This document shows, piece after piece, positions 22,584 to 32,744 of a stretch of 34,832 nucleotides of DNA. The notes below the pieces were generated by a model, which did not search any database, was not told the DNA's origin, and saw only the letters and a list, made by a program, of their open reading frames with translations. The translations under genes and the position numbers were made by a program. Every line of letters starts with the position of its first letter. Position 1 is the stretch's first letter. This DNA is from a virus: positions 1 through 34,832 of IMG/VR virus record IMGVR_UViG_3300009497_000003; one strand, written 5' to 3'.

Positions 22584-25500
22584 TTTAATAGCCAAAGATG
22601 CGATCACGGGAATAGTAAAGGATCTTGCTACGATGGATGCTGCTCTAAAAGCAATAATCAAAAGCCAAGAAAAAATTCTGAGAGCAAACCCTTTTAAGAA
22701 AGGCTCCGACATCCGGGAATTTAATTCAAGTGTTCGTGCTGTAGATTCCACCACAAAAGCATTAGTCACCACTGAGCAGAAGATGATCAAAGCCAGAAAG
22801 GAGTTGAACGTCTTAAATAGTGAGGCTTCAAAAGGCTTGACTGAAATCAATGAGCAAAAAAGAATCCAAGCCCAAAGAAACAAGCAAGAGGTCCGAGAAA
22901 ACGCAAGAATAAATGGCGTTTATAAAGCGATGTCAGCACGACTGAATAGGCTTAGAGGTCAATACAAAAATGTAGCATTATCCCAAGGGGAGAACTCAAA
23001 ACAAGCTATTCGCCTTCGAAAAGAAATTCAAAGGCTTGATACATCACTGAAGAGGGTGGACGCTTCAGCAGGTCAATTTCAGAGAAGTGTGGGGAATTAT
23101 GGCAGTGCGATGTCAAAATTCGGAGCGACCCTGAGAAACGTAGCCTCTGCAGCCGGAGTCATGTTTGGTGTATTTGGTGCGGTACAGGTGATCAGATCTT
23201 CATTGAATGTAATCAAAGAGTTCGACCTTCAGATGGCCACCCTTGCAGGAGTCTTAAATGTCAACAGATCCGAAATGAAAGCTTTGTCAGAAGACGCAAA
23301 GAGACTCGGAGCAATTACAGAATTTTCAGCCGGTCAAGTTGGAGAACTTCAAGAGGCTTATGCCAGACTCGGATTCTCACAACTACAAATTCTCAATGTG
23401 ACTGAAGCAACACTTCAAGGGGCCACAGCCCTGCAAGCGGAGTTGGGGGATGCTGCAGAGTTAGTCGGTGCGACATTGAACCAATTTGGACTACAGAGCG
23501 ACAAAGCTGCAGACACCGTTGATGTTTTATCCAGAGCAACACAAATTTCAGCCCTGAACTTTGAGAGACTACAAACAGCCCTACCAATTGTGGGTAAAAC
23601 TGCGAATGTAGTAGGAGTGGACCTGAGGAGAACTTCAGCCTTACTTGGCGTTCTTGCAAGCAACGGAATTGATGCTTCGACAGCAGGTACCGGACTAAGA
23701 AACGTCTTCATTGAACTTTCGAAGAAAGGCATAAGCTTTGAAGATGCGATGGAGCAAATCAATACATCTACAAACAAAGCAAAAACAGCCTTTGACTTAT
23801 TCGGAAAACGAGGAGTAACAATAGGGGCCACCCTTGCGGCTTCTGGAAGCAGAATAAAGGAGTATGAAGAGAATCTACAGGATGTTGCTGGAACAAGCAA
23901 GAAACTTGCTGAAACTCAGTTGAAGACCCTTGATGGATCATTGAAATTGTTGGATAGTGCTTGGAAGGGTTATGTATTGAATGTGAACGATGCCACCAGT
24001 GCAGGGGAACAGATCCGAAAAGCAATCCTGTTCTTGGCAGAGAATCTGGACACCATCATTAAAGCCATAGGTAGAGCAGCTATAGCCTTTGTTGCCTTCA
24101 AAGCGGCCTTGATTTCATATCGATTATTGACCACGATAGCGGCCTTCGCAACCAATAAACTGACATTCTCAGTTAGGTCATTGAATACAGCAGTTAAAGC
24201 AAACCCACTTGGTTTGATTGTTTCATCTGTGACCCTTTTAATTTCCTTGTTGCCAATATGGGGTGACGAAACAGAGGACCAGACAGAGAAGCAAAAGGAT
24301 TTGAACGAGGAATTAGCCCGTACGAATGAGTTAATGCGTGATGCGGATCCTGAGGAACTTGCTGGTGCTATTTTAGCCGGTGCAGACATTTCACTTTTCA
24401 GTTTGACAGAGATTGAGAAGGGTTTGAGATACTTTCAAGGAGAGTTGGAGTCTTTGAGTGAGGACCGAATAGTTCTTGGAGCCAAAGAAAACGAGTCAGT
24501 TGAAGAGTATTTGGAAAGAAGAAGTAAGGCGTACACTAAAGAGAAAATGCAGATTAAAGAAATTATCGCTGCATTGAAGGAAAGGGCCAAACAAATACGG
24601 AGTGAAAACGATTCTACTCCAGAAGGAATTATTGTCAAGGTAGAAAAGCAAATCAAAGAACTTCAAGCCAAAAAAAGTGCAAGTTTAAGTGAGTCTGAAA
24701 TCCAGAGATACAATGAACAAATAAAAGTTCTTCAAAACAGGCTAAAACAGTTGAACTCTTTAGGTGAGTTGACACCCATGAAAGCAAAAACATGGGAAGA
24801 AGCGAATGTAGAAATAGCCAAAACCAACGATGAGGTTCGAGAACTTGCAGACGGAACAGAGTCATTGGCCCGGGCAGCAAAGTTGGCTTCACAACTTGCG
24901 AGAATAGCAATGAAGGATGACATCCAGAAATTGATGGACATGTATGTAGGCTTGGCAAATGCCATTGGCACTGCTTTAGACCAGAAAGATCGCAGGATTC
25001 AGAAATCTTTGGATAGGGAGTTGGATGCGACAAAAGACAACATAAGTAGACAGGAAAGACTTGCAGAACTAGGTTTGGCCAATACTCTTGCATTTGAACA
25101 ACAGAAAGCTGCAGAAATTGAGGTACAAAAGGAACGTCAGGCAGAGAAAGCAGTCAAAAGAGAAAAAACCCTTGCATACTTGACAGCCTTCAGAGAATAC
25201 CTGAGACAGGACCCAGATACGGCTGCAGGAAAAGCATTGGCACAGATGGCTATTGCTGATACGATTTCAGGACTTTTTTACGAAGGTACCGAGCGAGTAG
25301 AGGATTCGATTAAAAACCCAATGTTCAAGGGAAGGGATGGCTATGTCATTCGAGTTGATGGGGATGAAAGGATCATGAACCCTGCTCAGTCGATGGAGAT
25401 TCGACAAAAGTTGGGCAACATATCGAACAACGATCTGGTGAAGTTAGCTACTGGAGACAGGTCCGGACTTTCAGTAAATGCCCTGAATGATTCCAGAATT

Positions 25501-25647
25501 ATAAAGCACCTGAAAGAAAACACAGAGGCGGTCAGAAGTAGTGGTATGCAGGTAGACTGGGATTCACATGACCAAAGGATAGAACGAATGGTTGATGGAA
25601 AAGTGAGGAAAGTAATTAGGACCCTTTCAAAGAAAAGTAGGTTATGA
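22552..25647 (+). CDS. tail tape measure protein
   Basis: 1031 aa. The TP901-type TMP core reads ATLAGVLNV...AKRLGAITEFSAGQVGELQEAYARLGF...LQGATALQAELGDAAELVGATLNQFGL...VDVLSRATQISALNFERLQTALPIVG...LGVLASNGIDASTAGTGLRNVFIEL. There are also hydrophobic segments and long coiled coils. Confidence 0.9.
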   Translation: MAAGKKITRDDLIAKDAITGIVKDLATMDAALKAIIKSQEKILRANPFKKGSDIREFNSSVRAVDSTTKALVTTEQKMIKARKELNVLNSEASKGLTEINEQKRIQAQRNKQEVRENARINGVYKAMSARLNRLRGQYKNVALSQGENSKQAIRLRKEIQRLDTSLKRVDASAGQFQRSVGNYGSAMSKFGATLRNVASAAGVMFGVFGAVQVIRSSLNVIKEFDLQMATLAGVLNVNRSEMKALSEDAKRLGAITEFSAGQVGELQEAYARLGFSQLQILNVTEATLQGATALQAELGDAAELVGATLNQFGLQSDKAADTVDVLSRATQISALNFERLQTALPIVGKTANVVGVDLRRTSALLGVLASNGIDASTAGTGLRNVFIELSKKGISFEDAMEQINTSTNKAKTAFDLFGKRGVTIGATLAASGSRIKEYEENLQDVAGTSKKLAETQLKTLDGSLKLLDSAWKGYVLNVNDATSAGEQIRKAILFLAENLDTIIKAIGRAAIAFVAFKAALISYRLLTTIAAFATNKLTFSVRSLNTAVKANPLGLIVSSVTLLISLLPIWGDETEDQTEKQKDLNEELARTNELMRDADPEELAGAILAGADISLFSLTEIEKGLRYFQGELESLSEDRIVLGAKENESVEEYLERRSKAYTKEKMQIKEIIAALKERAKQIRSENDSTPEGIIVKVEKQIKELQAKKSASLSESEIQRYNEQIKVLQNRLKQLNSLGELTPMKAKTWEEANVEIAKTNDEVRELADGTESLARAAKLASQLARIAMKDDIQKLMDMYVGLANAIGTALDQKDRRIQKSLDRELDATKDNISRQERLAELGLANTLAFEQQKAAEIEVQKERQAEKAVKREKTLAYLTAFREYLRQDPDTAAGKALAQMAIADTISGLFYEGTERVEDSIKNPMFKGRDGYVIRVDGDERIMNPAQSMEIRQKLGNISNNDLVKLATGDRSGLSVNALNDSRIIKHLKENTEAVRSSGMQVDWDSHDQRIERMVDGKVRKVIRTLSKKSRL

Positions 25648-27503
25648 GTTTAGTTCAAGTACACATGATAAATGGAGTCGAAGTCACTCCTCCAAAGAAC
25701 TATGAAGACATTGATGTTGAGTTAAACTTTGGTAGGGATGAAGTTGACAGGTCTGTGAGTATTTCTTCCTTTGAATGGATTGATAAAGTAGCTGCAGATT
25801 TGAAAGCGAAATTCGAATCTGGACTTTCTGGTGGAGTAGGAGTCTTTGAAGGAATACCCCATAAAATCATTCTACAAAACGGCACCTCTTCTTTGGTATT
25901 GCTTGATGGTTATATCGATATGACAAGCGCACAGTTTGATCAAGATCTTGTTACGGCTGATTCGGTTCCGGCCAGAGATATAGATTGGCTGAATGATGTA
26001 GCTGATGGGTTCACATTTGAGTACTTAGAGGCTAAAGGAATTATCACCACATCTGACTATCACTTTGTCCCATATGTAGTCGCTTCGGTACCTGCTTATA
26101 AGGAAACATTTATAGCCATACTGACACTGGTATTTGTTGGTACAGAGTTGAACGCTTTGATTACTGACATTGGTGGTTCTTCCATTGAAACAGGATCGGT
26201 AATTGATACCCTTGGTGGTGCCATTACTTTGATTGGAAAACTTGTTTACGCAATTGCATTGGTAGCAACGATAGTCAATTTAATACTGGACATGATTGCC
26301 TTAATTATTGGCTTTGTAAAATACAAACCATGTATGTTGTTGAACGACTTGATGGAAAAGGGAGCGCAGTATCTTGGTATGACTTATTCATCACCAATTC
26401 TTCAGTCATCACCTTGGAACAAAATGGTGGTAATACCTGAAAGTTATTCGAATCCAGAAGACCAAAGTGACAATAGAATTCTTGGGTTTAGGTTGCCTGA
26501 CAGAACAGAGCAAACTGGTTACTACAGAGGAACTTTTGGTGACTTGATAAGGGAGTTCAAAACCCTATTCAACCTGAGGGTAGACATCGTAAACGATAAT
26601 TTTAGTCTGATACTGGATAAGGCCCCAACTGCAGGTTCCTTTCAATTACCAGATCACTATAAGCCTCAGTTTGAAACCAATTCAAATGAAGTTATTTCCA
26701 ATTACCTGCTTAGTTTTCAACATGATAGTGTGGAAAAGCAGACTGTTGACAATTGGACCGGAAACAATGTTCAGGTCATTCTTGAACCTAAAGTGGTCAA
26801 CAATTCAAGCATGAAATTGATGAAGGGACTACAAAGTAAAAACGTCAATTTAGCAAGAGCCTCACGAAAAAAAGAACTGACAATACCAGAGCGAGTGGCC
26901 GACTCAAACCTGAATGTTGTTGGTGCGGTGATTTCAGCTTTGGTGAATGTGGCAAACGCTGTAATCGATACAGTCAATGCTGCTATTAAAGTGATTAACA
27001 AATTGGCAAAAGCCCTTCGAGTTGTAGGTATCAAGATCAACAATGAACTCGACCCAGTTCCAAAGATGGTTGACCCTGCTCTTGGTCAATTAATCGATGG
27101 GAGAATAAACATGATGTTGTTGGAAACTGACATTATCACAGTCCCAAAAGTTGCTTTGGTGAATTTGTATTCGGATGAAAAAGCGACTCGTCTTTCTGAA
27201 GACAATGACACCCACCTAAATGCTAAGTACATTTATGAGAACTTCCATAAAGGTTCAAGCTTCGCTCCGGGGAATGATACTCGTCAACGCTTTATCTATC
27301 GATTTGAAGACGTTGAAATGACTTTAGAGGACGTACAATTAGTTATGCAGGAGGGCGCAGCAAGACTGCCAAATGGAAAAGTAGTTGAAGTTGTATCTTG
27401 CTCTTGGAACCCTTCAACTCAATTGGCTAAATTTGTAGTCGAAGAACAGAGAATCTATACAAACAACATTAAAGAAGTAATCCTTGAACCAACCGGACAT
27501 TAA
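25644..27503 (+). CDS. tail/baseplate structural protein (619 aa) with a long hydrophobic Gly/Ile/Ala-rich segment
   Basis: It lies directly after the TMP with ATGA coupling. The hydrophobic stretch covers roughly aa 155-225 (nt 26106-26319). Confidence 0.5.
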   Translation: MSLVQVHMINGVEVTPPKNYEDIDVELNFGRDEVDRSVSISSFEWIDKVAADLKAKFESGLSGGVGVFEGIPHKIILQNGTSSLVLLDGYIDMTSAQFDQDLVTADSVPARDIDWLNDVADGFTFEYLEAKGIITTSDYHFVPYVVASVPAYKETFIAILTLVFVGTELNALITDIGGSSIETGSVIDTLGGAITLIGKLVYAIALVATIVNLILDMIALIIGFVKYKPCMLLNDLMEKGAQYLGMTYSSPILQSSPWNKMVVIPESYSNPEDQSDNRILGFRLPDRTEQTGYYRGTFGDLIREFKTLFNLRVDIVNDNFSLILDKAPTAGSFQLPDHYKPQFETNSNEVISNYLLSFQHDSVEKQTVDNWTGNNVQVILEPKVVNNSSMKLMKGLQSKNVNLARASRKKELTIPERVADSNLNVVGAVISALVNVANAVIDTVNAAIKVINKLAKALRVVGIKINNELDPVPKMVDPALGQLIDGRINMMLLETDIITVPKVALVNLYSDEKATRLSEDNDTHLNAKYIYENFHKGSSFAPGNDTRQRFIYRFEDVEMTLEDVQLVMQEGAARLPNGKVVEVVSCSWNPSTQLAKFVVEEQRIYTNNIKEVILEPTGH

Positions 27504-27714
27504 TAGCATATTGTCAGATTTGACTGGGGATCTGAAAAAGTTGTCACCGGGCCTCGAATCTATGTTGTCAAATTTGGACAACCTGAAAGGTCTTTTGAAG
27601 AATTCAGACCTGACACCAGAACAGGCTAAAGAGTTTGAAGCAAAAGTGGCCGAATTAAACAATCTTCGTGAGAAGTTAATTGTAACACAGAAGAAATATG
27701 CCGGGATGGGTTGA
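27484..27714 (+). CDS. hypothetical small helical protein (76 aa from TTG; 50 aa from ATG 27562)
   Basis: The ORF is in the third frame and bridges two large tail genes, overlapping both. The longest form has no ATG. Confidence 0.4.
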   Translation: MNQPDINSILSDLTGDLKKLSPGLESMLSNLDNLKGLLKNSDLTPEQAKEFEAKVAELNNLREKLIVTQKKYAGMG

Positions 27715-30700
27715 AGACATTGAGATCAATGAGGAGAATGTCACAGGAGTAGAAGACTTTTTGAAAGGAAACATCTTCCAGAAAGTTGATGCTAAAATCA
27801 CAGTTAGGTTTCAAACTTGGGCCGACATCTTTCAGGACACGAATACGGACCAAAGAGCGTATTTCAAGCCTCCATACATGGATGGTGCCGACCCTGCAAC
27901 GAATGAGTGGATTGACGATTACGATCAAGTAGGTCTTTTTGATTATTTCAATGTTGGTGATACGATTGTAATTTCCAGTACCTCAGGTTCGGTGAACGAT
28001 GATACAATGGAGATCATTGAAAAGCCGAGTAGATACTTAATCAAGGTTGGGAATTTTGTTTCCCTTCCGGGACTGACTTCTGTTTTGGATATTGCCGGCA
28101 GAATAGATCTAAAGCAAATACCTTCTGGCATAATCATGGACTATGGCTTGATTGAAAACGATGAAGGCGTAAACTTTAACTCAAAAGTCAGTGGGGACCT
28201 AATGAGATACTTTGCTGGAAGTGCTGCAGGTTTTGGATATTCAACTCCTGTTTCATTAACCCCACAGGGGATGAGAGACTGGCAATTGGGTATAGCGGCA
28301 CTTGAAGTTGGATCTGTAAAGTACATTGGAAATTCTGAGAGAGAAGGTCTATACATATACCCTTTTGAAGTAAACATAAGCTTTCTTATTCACCCATTTT
28401 ATCTGCATACACAGCTTCTTGATATCACAACGATACCAAGGACCCCCCCAAAGTATTTCGACTATCAGAAAGCCTTACGATTAGTCTTCAGGTTAAGAGC
28501 ATTGAGAGACTACCAAGACTGGTCAATATACCAAGAAGCCCTTCACGCAGAAAATGATGGAAGGACAGGTTGGTTTGATGAATTATACAATGGTGGACCT
28601 AATGAGTATGAGGTCGATGAAACGAGTCTGGTTTATGGTAATGGAATAGCCCTGACAAGGGATGATGTTGTTAGTGTAGAGTTTGACATACTGAATACAG
28701 CCGATAACATTGGAGGAGATCCAGAGTATGTATGCGTAAACTTCAACATGATGCCTGAAGCAGAACTTCAGTACAGAAAGAAGGATGAATACATGGCCTA
28801 CAATTACGGATTCGATAGAGCAAACCAACAACAAGGAGTCGCTGCTATCAATGGAGTTCAGTTTGGGACCAATGGAGAGGTAATCAAGAACCTTACAGTC
28901 ACTTCAATAACTGGAGGAGTAACAGTCAATTTCGATGTTGACTTTGGAACAGATGTTCAGGATATAATTGATAGTCTGAATGATAAGCGATACATGATTA
29001 CATGCTATGCTGTTGGTCCGGGAATGACAAGTGCCGATGCGAACTACAATTCCATGATAGTTGACATTGAAAAGATTTCAATTGACATTCCAGATTCGAC
29101 AATAGTTGGTACTCCGGAATTGTTCTTCCATGACCAGAACGACTTCTTGGACCCTGTAGTTACGCCAGAGTTTTGTATTGAAGATGAGATAGTTGCCCAT
29201 ACTGAAATACTTCTTGACCAAAGTTCATACGATGTTCAAATTGAAGAATTCAGAGGTCAAATAGTGATGCAGAAAACTGGAGAGGATGATGTCGTTCTTC
29301 AGGAACAGGTTTGGGACCTTCAGGGATCACCAGAAATAGGTCCAGTACGATTCATAAATTCAACCATACAAACACCCTTCAATGTTTCAGCAAGTGAAAT
29401 AAGAAAAGAGTACAAGGTATTTAGAGACACTTCAAGAGACTCCGGAAGTCAATATGGATACACTATTCAACATCCTTTTTTATTGCGCTGGGAGTATTGG
29501 GAACAGCTAATACTGGCCAATTTACCGGGTGACTTCCTTGATACAACAGAACAGCACAACGGATACAACCAAAACTGGATGAGGTTGGCAGGTTTGTCAG
29601 GCTGGTCCTTCGTTTATCGACTTGCAACCAATGTGGTAGTTGGCTCCACAACGAAGACGATCAACAAAGACGTCCCTTTAGTCATAGCAGACTACCTTGC
29701 AAATCCTGACTGGACTTTGGAAAGCATAACCTGTTTAGATGGAATCACGACCCTAACCTCAGGAGGTCAGCCATACATCTATTCAAAACAGGCTAAGTTA
29801 AACACTACAATTCGAGCAGAATTCACATATAGCGGAACTCCTCCGGATGTTGCTGATTTGTGGGGCCTTTTTAGAATCATTCCAACAGAGGCAGGCACAT
29901 ACATAGCAAACGAAACATTTAGTTCTGAGTACAATCGAGAATCTGTAAGTATTTTTACTTCGACCAATGGGAAAGTCACAATATCAAACCCAAGTGGTAA
30001 CATTATTCGACTGGAATGTGAGGTTGATTACTCGAAGTTGACTCCGGGGATATCTCAGTACACTATCTCAGCGAGACTTGGACAAGCTTCAAGCACTCTT
30101 TCATGGACGCCTGCTTCGATTACAACAGACCTTTGGTTGGACGGCCAAGTAGGGGTGACGGAAGCTGCAGGTCGAGTTTCAGATTGGGCAGATCAGTCAG
30201 GAAACAGCTATGACGCTTTCCAATTGACCGGATCAAATCAACCCGAACTTGGGGCGATAAATAGCTTGCAGACTATCGACTTTGGAGTTGGAACTAACTA
30301 CGCTCTTGAAGGAGTTGACATAGGTACTTGGACAGATATTGTAGTCGCTGGAGTCTTTAGGGCTTCGAATTTAGGTGGTGGCTCACATCTTATGTTTTCA
30401 GTTCGAGACAACTCGAACAACATATTGACGATGGGTACTGTCGGCAGTGATTTTTGCGCTTCGTATTACACTGGCGTAACCACAGCAATAAGCACTGGAA
30501 TCACAGTTTCAACGGATTACTATTTTGTGATTGAAGTTGTTTCTGGAGTACCTACAATGAGAGTGAACGCAGTCGCTGCTGCTGGTTCTTCAGCTATTGG
30601 AATTTCTGGTGCTTCGGATATTTACTGGCTTGGTTCACGGCTCGGAACACCAACAAGTGAACAATATGAAGGAGAAGTTGGTGAAGTTGTAGTTGTAAAG

Positions 30701-30766
30701 GGAACAATAACAGGCTCGGAAAGATGGTTGTTGGAAGACTATTTCTCAACTAAATACGCAATATGA
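27698..30766 (+). CDS. tail fiber / receptor-binding protein (1022 aa) with C-terminal LamG (concanavalin A-like) domain
   Basis: The C-terminal 220 aa read DLWLDGQVGV...GRVSDWADQSGNSYDAFQ...NQPELG...IDFG...YEGEVGEVVVVKGTITGSERWLLEDYFSTKYAI. This is the typical Laminin_G_3 pattern (LWLDA..V..W.D.SGNG..A.Q......G.IAE.I.Y...LS..ER...E.YL..KY.I). Confidence 0.7.
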   Translation: MPGWVEDIEINEENVTGVEDFLKGNIFQKVDAKITVRFQTWADIFQDTNTDQRAYFKPPYMDGADPATNEWIDDYDQVGLFDYFNVGDTIVISSTSGSVNDDTMEIIEKPSRYLIKVGNFVSLPGLTSVLDIAGRIDLKQIPSGIIMDYGLIENDEGVNFNSKVSGDLMRYFAGSAAGFGYSTPVSLTPQGMRDWQLGIAALEVGSVKYIGNSEREGLYIYPFEVNISFLIHPFYLHTQLLDITTIPRTPPKYFDYQKALRLVFRLRALRDYQDWSIYQEALHAENDGRTGWFDELYNGGPNEYEVDETSLVYGNGIALTRDDVVSVEFDILNTADNIGGDPEYVCVNFNMMPEAELQYRKKDEYMAYNYGFDRANQQQGVAAINGVQFGTNGEVIKNLTVTSITGGVTVNFDVDFGTDVQDIIDSLNDKRYMITCYAVGPGMTSADANYNSMIVDIEKISIDIPDSTIVGTPELFFHDQNDFLDPVVTPEFCIEDEIVAHTEILLDQSSYDVQIEEFRGQIVMQKTGEDDVVLQEQVWDLQGSPEIGPVRFINSTIQTPFNVSASEIRKEYKVFRDTSRDSGSQYGYTIQHPFLLRWEYWEQLILANLPGDFLDTTEQHNGYNQNWMRLAGLSGWSFVYRLATNVVVGSTTKTINKDVPLVIADYLANPDWTLESITCLDGITTLTSGGQPYIYSKQAKLNTTIRAEFTYSGTPPDVADLWGLFRIIPTEAGTYIANETFSSEYNRESVSIFTSTNGKVTISNPSGNIIRLECEVDYSKLTPGISQYTISARLGQASSTLSWTPASITTDLWLDGQVGVTEAAGRVSDWADQSGNSYDAFQLTGSNQPELGAINSLQTIDFGVGTNYALEGVDIGTWTDIVVAGVFRASNLGGGSHLMFSVRDNSNNILTMGTVGSDFCASYYTGVTTAISTGITVSTDYYFVIEVVSGVPTMRVNAVAAAGSSAIGISGASDIYWLGSRLGTPTSEQYEGEVGEVVVVKGTITGSERWLLEDYFSTKYAI

Positions 30767-30972
30767 TGACTGGAAAAAAAGTAAGAGAAGAAGAGTTCGA
30801 CACGATTCTCGAAGCGATTAATCAAGGCGAAGGATTTCCAAGCGATACAATCGAAAGTTGGTTCAAAAAAGAATATTGTTTTCACTCTGTTCATGGCTAC
30901 TTTATTCCTCAAGACCCAGTAAGCATGAAGTATTGTGACGGCTTTGAGGAGTTTGAATTGACAATCGATTAA
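30763..30972 (+). CDS. hypothetical protein (69 aa)
   Basis: ORF track entry with ATGATGA coupling. Confidence 0.55.
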   Translation: MMTGKKVREEEFDTILEAINQGEGFPSDTIESWFKKEYCFHSVHGYFIPQDPVSMKYCDGFEEFELTID

Positions 30973-30984
30973 ATAGTATTTTTG
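30952..30984 (+). promoter_or_regulatory. putative promoter: TTTG (30952-30955), 21-nt spacer, TATTTTTG (30977-30984), 4 nt upstream of ATG 30989
   Basis: There is an exact TAnnTTTG match with canonical spacing to an upstream TTTG. The -33 element lies inside the end of the preceding ORF. Confidence 0.4.
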
Positions 30985-30988
30985 AATC

Positions 30989-31906
30989 ATGAGCAAGTGG
31001 GGTGAGGTACAGAAACAGAATGTTTTCGTAATGGATGAGATCCGGGAAGACATTGTATTGCCATTGGAGGACAATCCATTTGCTCGTTGTTGTTACGAAC
31101 TTTGTGTATTCGCAGATCCAGCAGACACCGACAAGTACAAAAATGACTGGAGCAGTATCCTAAAAATCATTCCACAGCAGTATTCATCTGTAAACATGGA
31201 ACTCCAGAAAAAAGAGGATGGAGTATGGACTACAAAGGCGACATTGGTGGATGACACTTATGGCACCTATTACCCACTTGGTTTTGTAGAAAAAAACAAC
31301 AAAGACTATGTTGGTTACAAAATAAATTGGAGGGAGGTATTTAATGCTCCGACATGGGGTGGAAGGGGCAAGTACAGGATTCTTTTTGATTTAGTCAGTC
31401 GGACAATCACTTCAGAAGAATATTGCCTTGAACAATTCAGTACCCGGTCGGTAGATGGTACAATCAGAATAGAATACTTGTGGAATTCGGTTATCGGGTC
31501 CAAATACTCGGATGAGAGGCGAGATTTCAGTCAAATGGAATGGAACAACCAGATTCGATTCAAAGAAGCCATATTCGGCTATAAAAACGCATCAATGGAA
31601 GAGGAGTCGGTTCGGATGCAGGATGGTAAGCAAAGAACAATCAAAAAAGAGTGGTTGGAAGAGTACAAGATGATAATTCGAAGACTGCCTTTGGACCTTC
31701 ACGACATTTTGTTGTATGATATTGCCCAAGCTGATGAAGTAGTTATCACTGACTACAATTCTTGGAATAGTTCAGGTAATTATGCCGAGAAAGAAGTTGA
31801 ATTCTCAGGTGGTTACGATCCAAATTACTCTGGAACCACAGCACAACCTTCTGTTTTATTGACATTCAAGGACAGGTACACCAACCGACGAAAACTATAC
31901 TCATGA
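30989..31906 (+). CDS. hypothetical protein (305 aa), probably virion-associated by position
   Basis: ORF track entry. Confidence 0.65.
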   Translation: MSKWGEVQKQNVFVMDEIREDIVLPLEDNPFARCCYELCVFADPADTDKYKNDWSSILKIIPQQYSSVNMELQKKEDGVWTTKATLVDDTYGTYYPLGFVEKNNKDYVGYKINWREVFNAPTWGGRGKYRILFDLVSRTITSEEYCLEQFSTRSVDGTIRIEYLWNSVIGSKYSDERRDFSQMEWNNQIRFKEAIFGYKNASMEEESVRMQDGKQRTIKKEWLEEYKMIIRRLPLDLHDILLYDIAQADEVVITDYNSWNSSGNYAEKEVEFSGGYDPNYSGTTAQPSVLLTFKDRYTNRRKLYS

Positions 31907-32256
31907 CACAAAGAGAAGAAGCTGCTTTAGAAAGAAAATGGCACGATAGAATCAACATCGTTCAAATCGTGGTCGGCTTGATGGTAGGCTTCGTAATGCT
32001 CGGAACTTGGGTTGGTGCTGTTGAAGTAAGACTTCAAAGCGTGGAAGAATATCGTGAGGTCATTGAGCCTACAAGAATTGAAGCTATCAAGATTCTCGGT
32101 ATGCAAGAGCAAGCTTTTACAAAATTATCAAACGACTTCAACAAATTCCTTGTACGATATGAGAACGACAGAAAGGAAGATGTAATCTACAAGCTTCAAG
32201 AGCAAAAGAATATTCAAGAGTTCTACAAGATGTATGATCTAAAACGAAAAGAATGA
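31903..32256 (+). CDS. membrane protein with one TMD and a coiled coil (holin or spanin-like lysis accessory)
   Basis: The TMD is INIVQIVVGLMVGFVMLGTWVGAV. The gene lies immediately upstream of the endolysin with ATGA coupling. Confidence 0.5.
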   Translation: MTQREEAALERKWHDRINIVQIVVGLMVGFVMLGTWVGAVEVRLQSVEEYREVIEPTRIEAIKILGMQEQAFTKLSNDFNKFLVRYENDRKEDVIYKLQEQKNIQEFYKMYDLKRKE

Positions 32257-32744
32257 AAGTCGCTGAAAATTTTTGCCTTCAAGAGTTCGTTTCAAAAGAC
32301 ACTTGGGCGAAGTGGGGTACAAAATCTCTTTGGTTTGTCGATCCTAAATTATTCTCTTTGGCTCAATTCTACAAGGAGTTTTTCACGATGCACTATCAAG
32401 CTGATGATGTTTTCATTGTGATCAACAACTGGCACACAGGTGGAAGCTACATCGGTAGAGGTTACAGAGAACCACAGCAGTACAACGGAGGACAATTCAG
32501 CAAGAGCCCAAACTCAGAGAGTCAACACAGATACGGAAGAGCCTTTGATTGCGATATCATTATCAAGAACGGAACGAGGTACGAAGCCGACTACATCGAG
32601 ATTCATAAAATCATAAATGACTACAAAGATTTGTTCATGCAGAAAGGCTTGACAACTCTCGAAGATCCTGCAATTGCGAAGACTTGGCTTCACTCAGATG
32701 TTCGGAATACTGGACTTGACCATATCAAAATAGTACGACCATGA
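32253..32744 (+). CDS. endolysin, peptidase M15 (zinc D-Ala-D-Ala carboxypeptidase/VanY-like) family
   Basis: The zinc-ligand pattern is SESQHRYGRAFDCD (SxHxxGxAxD) plus WLHSD (H.D). The size is 163 aa. Membrane-protein genes flank it. Confidence 0.75.
   Translation: MKVAENFCLQEFVSKDTWAKWGTKSLWFVDPKLFSLAQFYKEFFTMHYQADDVFIVINNWHTGGSYIGRGYREPQQYNGGQFSKSPNSESQHRYGRAFDCDIIIKNGTRYEADYIEIHKIINDYKDLFMQKGLTTLEDPAIAKTWLHSDVRNTGLDHIKIVRP

Noticed and set aside
22539-25093. Several long minus-strand ORFs (22539-22883, 23415-23900, 23970-24389, 24653-25093 and others) opposite the tape measure gene
   Set aside because: They lie entirely inside a confidently identified 1031-aa TMP gene. Their translations are low-complexity (Ser/Leu/Phe/Cys-rich). 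Every supported gene in the genome is on the + strand. This is a typical antisense open-frame artefact of an Ala/Leu/Lys/Glu-rich gene.
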